Part shown: piece after piece, positions 8,633-11,970 of the stretch
How the letters are laid out: every line of letters begins with the position of its first letter
Numbering within the stretch: the first letter of the stretch is position 1
Assembly: GCA_000388065.2 (NCBI GenBank)
Contig: KB932214.1
From: Fonticula alba ATCC 38817
Taxonomy: Eukaryota; Protista; Nucleariida
Length of the DNA stretch: 11,970 nucleotides
Direction: 5' to 3' (one strand)
Notes under the pieces: model-generated
Seen by the model: only the letters and a program-made list of their open reading frames with translations
Databases searched by the model: none
Told to the model about the DNA's origin: nothing
Translations under genes and position numbers: made by a program

Positions 8633-9769
8633 ATGTTCCACCTTGCTCAGCATGCTGGCCGCCAGGCCATGTCGGCCGGCCGGCCGACGATCGCCCGCGT
8701 GGCCGCCGCCCACCAGCAGGCGGCTCGCGGCCCGGAGGAGGCCAGGGCCACGCGGGCGCCCCCGAGGGCGGGCTACTCCTCCTCGCCCACGGGCCAGGGG
8801 GTGTGGCCGTCCTCCGGGCCGGGCGCCATCGGCCAGCAGGCCCTCAAGGTGGAGGCCGACAAGCGGGCCAACAAGGAGCCCCAGGAGCAGCTGGGCCCGC
8901 AGCAGCACCAACTCCACCAGCAGAAGGACCAGTCGTGGACGCGCACCGGCCCCGGCGGGGGACCCGCCCCCCACAAGCCCCTGTCGCACTCCGCCCCCGC
9001 CTCTGCCCATGGCCGCACTGACCCCGAGTCTGCATTTGTCTCCGGCCCGGCCGGGACCTCCGCCGCGCCGGGGTTCTTCACCAGGCTCCTTCGCAGGACC
9101 TCGCACACCCTCCACCTCGACACGATGCCCAGCATGAACAAGGACCACGGCAAGATGCCCGGCTCCGGCGCGGCCGCCGGCCAGCAGAAGCAGCACGGCG
9201 CCTCGCAGGCCAAGCAGCAGCAGCAGCAGCAGCATGCCGACAAGATGGACGCCCAGTCGGCCTCCTCCAGCCACAGCCAGATGCACTCGGAGGGCAGCCA
9301 CTCCGGCGAGTTCCAGGCCGCCGGGTCCTTCTACTCCAGCAGCTTCTCCCAGGTGGGCGACGAGAAGCCCAAGATCTCCCGCGCCCATGGCCAGTGGACC
9401 GCCGACCCGCAGGGGCACATCACCGGCAGCGCCGAGCGCTTCGTCGACTCGGGCGCCGGCGAGCCCAAGCACGAGCGCTTCGAGTACTCGCCCGAGGGGC
9501 GCCTGAAGCAGGTGGCCGGCGGCCAGCAGCAGGCCAAGCTCGGCGCCAGCCAGCAGGAGCAGCAGAAGCACCTTGGCTCCGGGGCCGCCGCCGCCGCCGG
9601 CGGCGCCGGTGCCAAGCAGCACCAGCAGCAGCAGCAGCATGGCCACCAGCAGATGGGCGGCGCCGCCTGCCCGCCGGGCGCCGACGCCCAGAAGAAGGCC
9701 GGCGCCGCTTGCCCGCCCGGCAGCAAGCAGCAGAAGGGCTCCAAGCAGCACCAGGGCCAGTGCGACTAA
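8633..9769 (+). CDS. Gln/Gly/Ala/His-rich hydrophilic protein (378 aa from ATG 8633) with a partial MLF (myeloid leukemia factor)-like segment. An upstream exon may lie in the gap, and there may be an internal intron or second start.
   Basis: Uninterrupted ORF with strong GC3 codon bias and CAG tracts, GCC-ATG context at 8633 and TAA at 9767-9769. It is preceded by an intron-like end (CTGAC 8526-8530, (GT)n, TCCCAG 8626). The segment SFYSSSFSQVGDEKPKISRA..Q....P.G.I......DSGAGEPK (9326-9469) resembles human MLF1 SFCSSSVMTYSKIGDEPPKVFQASTQTRRAPGGIKETRKAMRDSDSGLEK, aligned by eye from memory. Confidence 0.72.
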   Translation: MFHLAQHAGRQAMSAGRPTIARVAAAHQQAARGPEEARATRAPPRAGYSSSPTGQGVWPSSGPGAIGQQALKVEADKRANKEPQEQLGPQQHQLHQQKDQSWTRTGPGGGPAPHKPLSHSAPASAHGRTDPESAFVSGPAGTSAAPGFFTRLLRRTSHTLHLDTMPSMNKDHGKMPGSGAAAGQQKQHGASQAKQQQQQQHADKMDAQSASSSHSQMHSEGSHSGEFQAAGSFYSSSFSQVGDEKPKISRAHGQWTADPQGHITGSAERFVDSGAGEPKHERFEYSPEGRLKQVAGGQQQAKLGASQQEQQKHLGSGAAAAAGGAGAKQHQQQQQHGHQQMGGAACPPGADAQKKAGAACPPGSKQQKGSKQHQGQCD

Positions 9770-10003
9770 GGGGCCCGGGCCCGGCCCGGGGGCCTGCCGA
9801 GCGGGGGGCGGGCCCCCCTGGGGCATGCGCCTGTGTGTGTGTGTGTGTGTGTGTGCCGCATACATGGCATATATGTATTGTGTGTATGAGTGCGCCTGGT
9901 CGTGCCCTGCAGCCAGCGCGTCGCGCACCCCCGCCCCCATGCCATGGTGCCTCTGTGCACGCGCGCACGCGCGCGTGTATGAGGACATTGTCCTGCTTGG
10001 GCG

Positions 10004-10179
10004 NNNNNNNNNNNNNNNNNNNNNNNNNNNNNNNNNNNNNNNNNNNNNNNNNNNNNNNNNNNNNNNNNNNNNNNNNNNNNNNNNNNNNNNNNNNNNNNNN
10101 NNNNNNNNNNNNNNNNNNNNNNNNNNNNNNNNNNNNNNNNNNNNNNNNNNNNNNNNNNNNNNNNNNNNNNNNNNNNNNN
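10004..10179. other. Assembly gap (176 N)
   Basis: N run between the convergent 3' ends of genes 3 and 4, followed by poly-G. Confidence 0.99.
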
Positions 10180-10658
10180 GGGGGGGGGGGGGGGGGGGTC
10201 TGTGTCCGTGTGTGCACTGTGGCAGCCCGACCAGGCGTGCCGGCGCAGGCCCGCGGCCCATCCCCCCCGCCCCCCACCCTCTGCCCGCGACCCCCCTCGC
10301 GCCCTGTCCTGCCGAATATACACCCACAGGAACCACGCATCGTGTGCTGGCCCCGCCCCGACCCAGAGAGACACATGCACACGCACGCGGATGGCGGGCG
10401 GTGGGGGGAAGAGAGGGGGAAACAAAAAAATGAATTGACACGAAAAGCGCTCCCGGTGCGGGAGGAAGCGCGGAGGTCCACAGGGGGAAGGGGGGCATTC
10501 CCCGCCCCGGGTGTGCCGCTTGTGCGTGCAAGAGAGGGGGAAAGCAGGGCGGGGAAAAAAAGCAGAGAGAGGAGGGCCGCGGGACTTGAGAGAGAGAGAG
10601 GGAGGGAGAGAAATGGCATAGCCGTGTCTCCCCCTGTCTCGCTCGCTCGCTCGCCACC

Positions 10659-11675
10659 CTAGATGAGGGCGTAGTACTCCACCGAGCGGATGGCGAACTT
10701 GTAGGACATCGGCGGTACCGGGAGCGACGCCACCAGGAGCGGCGACCCGCCACCGGCACCGGCCGATGACGAGGCCGACGGCCCGGAGGAAGCCAAGGTC
10801 GAGGGGGGGGCGGCCGCCCCTCCGGCGCCCGGCGACCCGACCGGCGCCGGGACCTCGTCCGGCTCCAGGACCACGTCCACCAGCCCGGCCGCCGGGTCGG
10901 GGAAGAACTCCGGCCAGTGGAGCGGCGCATTCCAGTAGAGGTCGCTGGGCTCGCTGATGCCGAACTCCAGCTTGCGCTCCAGCCACAGGGCCGAGCACAC
11001 CTGCCGCACGGAGGCCACGGGCATCTCGGCCGCCTGGGGGGAGGAGGACGCCCCGGCCCCGGCCCCGGCGGCCTGGCGCACAATCACCCCGGCCGCGGCG
11101 TCCGGATGGCTGACGTCCCACTGGGGGAGGATGCGCGGCGGGCCGATGCCCAGGCTCAGGCTGTCCGGCGTGGCACAGATGAAGATCGGCTCGGCGTCCG
11201 ACGAGGGGGTGGCCGGGCCCTCGTCGGAGGGCGACGACCCGGGGCCCGACGGCGAGTGGGACCCGGCTGCCTCGGCCTCCTCCGACTGGCGGCCGCGGCC
11301 GCGGCCGCGGTGGTGGTGGTGCTGGCCAGGGCGTCCGCCGTCGGACAGGTCCTCGGCGTCCGGCCCGGAGGAGTCCCCTCCGGCAGGTGGCAGCGCCCGC
11401 ACAGGTGGCGGCGCCGACTTCATGCGGATGTTCCCTTGGGCCAGCCACTCGCGGCGCTCGAGCCGGTGCCATGGGTACACCGCGCGCCGGGGATACAGCG
11501 AGAAGAGGAAGGTCTCGCCGATGCCGATGGACGGCGACCGGAGGCGCTTGCTGTCCGGGTGCGACCCGGTCAGCACGGACCCCGGCGAGGATAGATGCGT
11601 GTCCGGGTGCAGGTGGTCCGTGATGAAGGCTCCGAACAGGGCGCCGGACGTGGTCTCAATGAGGAGGAGGCCGAA
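10659..11675 (-). CDS. TLDc-domain protein (Oxr1/NCOA7/TBC1D24-type domain), terminal exon only; 5' exons lie beyond the right edge
   Basis: Acceptor CTCTGCACACAG at 11676, then 338 codons and TAG. Ordered TLDc motifs: LLLIETTSGALFGAFI, GIGETFLFSL..AVYPW, FICATPDSLSLG, SALWLERKLEFGISEPSDLYWNAPL, KFAIRSVEYYAL. These compare with OXR1 [56 protein letters not shown] and FFIQDIEIWAF (from memory). Confidence 0.85.
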   Translation of the reverse strand, partial: FGLLLIETTSGALFGAFITDHLHPDTHLSSPGSVLTGSHPDSKRLRSPSIGIGETFLFSLYPRRAVYPWHRLERREWLAQGNIRMKSAPPPVRALPPAGGDSSGPDAEDLSDGGRPGQHHHHRGRGRGRQSEEAEAAGSHSPSGPGSSPSDEGPATPSSDAEPIFICATPDSLSLGIGPPRILPQWDVSHPDAAAGVIVRQAAGAGAGASSSPQAAEMPVASVRQVCSALWLERKLEFGISEPSDLYWNAPLHWPEFFPDPAAGLVDVVLEPDEVPAPVGSPGAGGAAAPPSTLASSGPSASSSAGAGGGSPLLVASLPVPPMSYKFAIRSVEYYALI

Positions 11676-11970
11676 CTGTGTGCAGAGGGGCGGGGGGCGG
11701 GGGGGGCGGGGGCGTGGGCGCGATGGCGTAGGGGCACGCGTGATTGCGTGCAAAGATGCGCGCATAGGTGTGCGCCCATGCGCGGATGTGTGCAAACACG
11801 CACACATGCACGCATGCGCACATCCACGAACAGAGAGGCCAGCAGCAGAGGGCGAGTCAGCGAGGCGCATCGGGCGCACAGACGGGGAATAGCCACCCCC
11901 AGAGGAAGGGATCAGGCCGAGAAACCGCCCCCCCCCCACATGCGGCACGGGAGGAGGAGGGAGGCGAGTC

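Noticed and set aside
9859-9982. TGTA-containing motifs in the gene 3 3' UTR as Pumilio elements
   Set aside because: None matches the full UGUAHAUA consensus, and they sit in a GT-rich background.
7532-11083. 1183-aa minus-strand ORF, and the other ORFs crossing N gaps (84..2660, 431..2566, 865..2673, 6931..8634, 9394..10662, 9766..11472)
   Set aside because: They stay open only because of N runs, repeats and high GC. The readable parts are antisense shadows or off-frames of the real exons.
11676-11948. N-terminal extension of the 429-aa TLDc ORF to ATG 11948, and ORF 11570..11896
   Set aside because: The sequence is intron-like (C runs, CA/GT repeats, AG-free, clear acceptor at 11676) and has no TLDc similarity.

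Overview
GC-rich eukaryotic scaffold with three N-gaps, spliceosomal GT-AG introns and many microsatellites and homopolymers. The style resembles a GC-rich protist such as Fonticula, but that is only a guess. Four genes can be supported. (1) A minus-strand spliced hypothetical membrane protein (ATG 2060) that runs off the left edge. (2) A 9-exon plus-strand PEX5-family peroxisomal import receptor (3326..7867, 997 aa as I splice it). (3) A Gln/Gly/Ala-rich protein (8633..9769) containing a partial myeloid-leukemia-factor (MLF)-like segment. (4) The last exon of a minus-strand TLDc-domain (Oxr1-like) protein (10659..11675). Most long ORFs in the supplied track are GC/repeat/N read-through artefacts. 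The best lead is the PEX5-like protein. It keeps the N-terminal Cys, two WxxxF/Y motifs and a PEX7-binding box, but four of five PTS1-contacting Asn positions in the TPRs are substituted. It also carries four CP[FMY] heme-regulatory-type motifs in its disordered N-terminal half. This suggests a possibly heme/redox-responsive, PTS2-oriented or non-canonical peroxisomal import receptor (inference).
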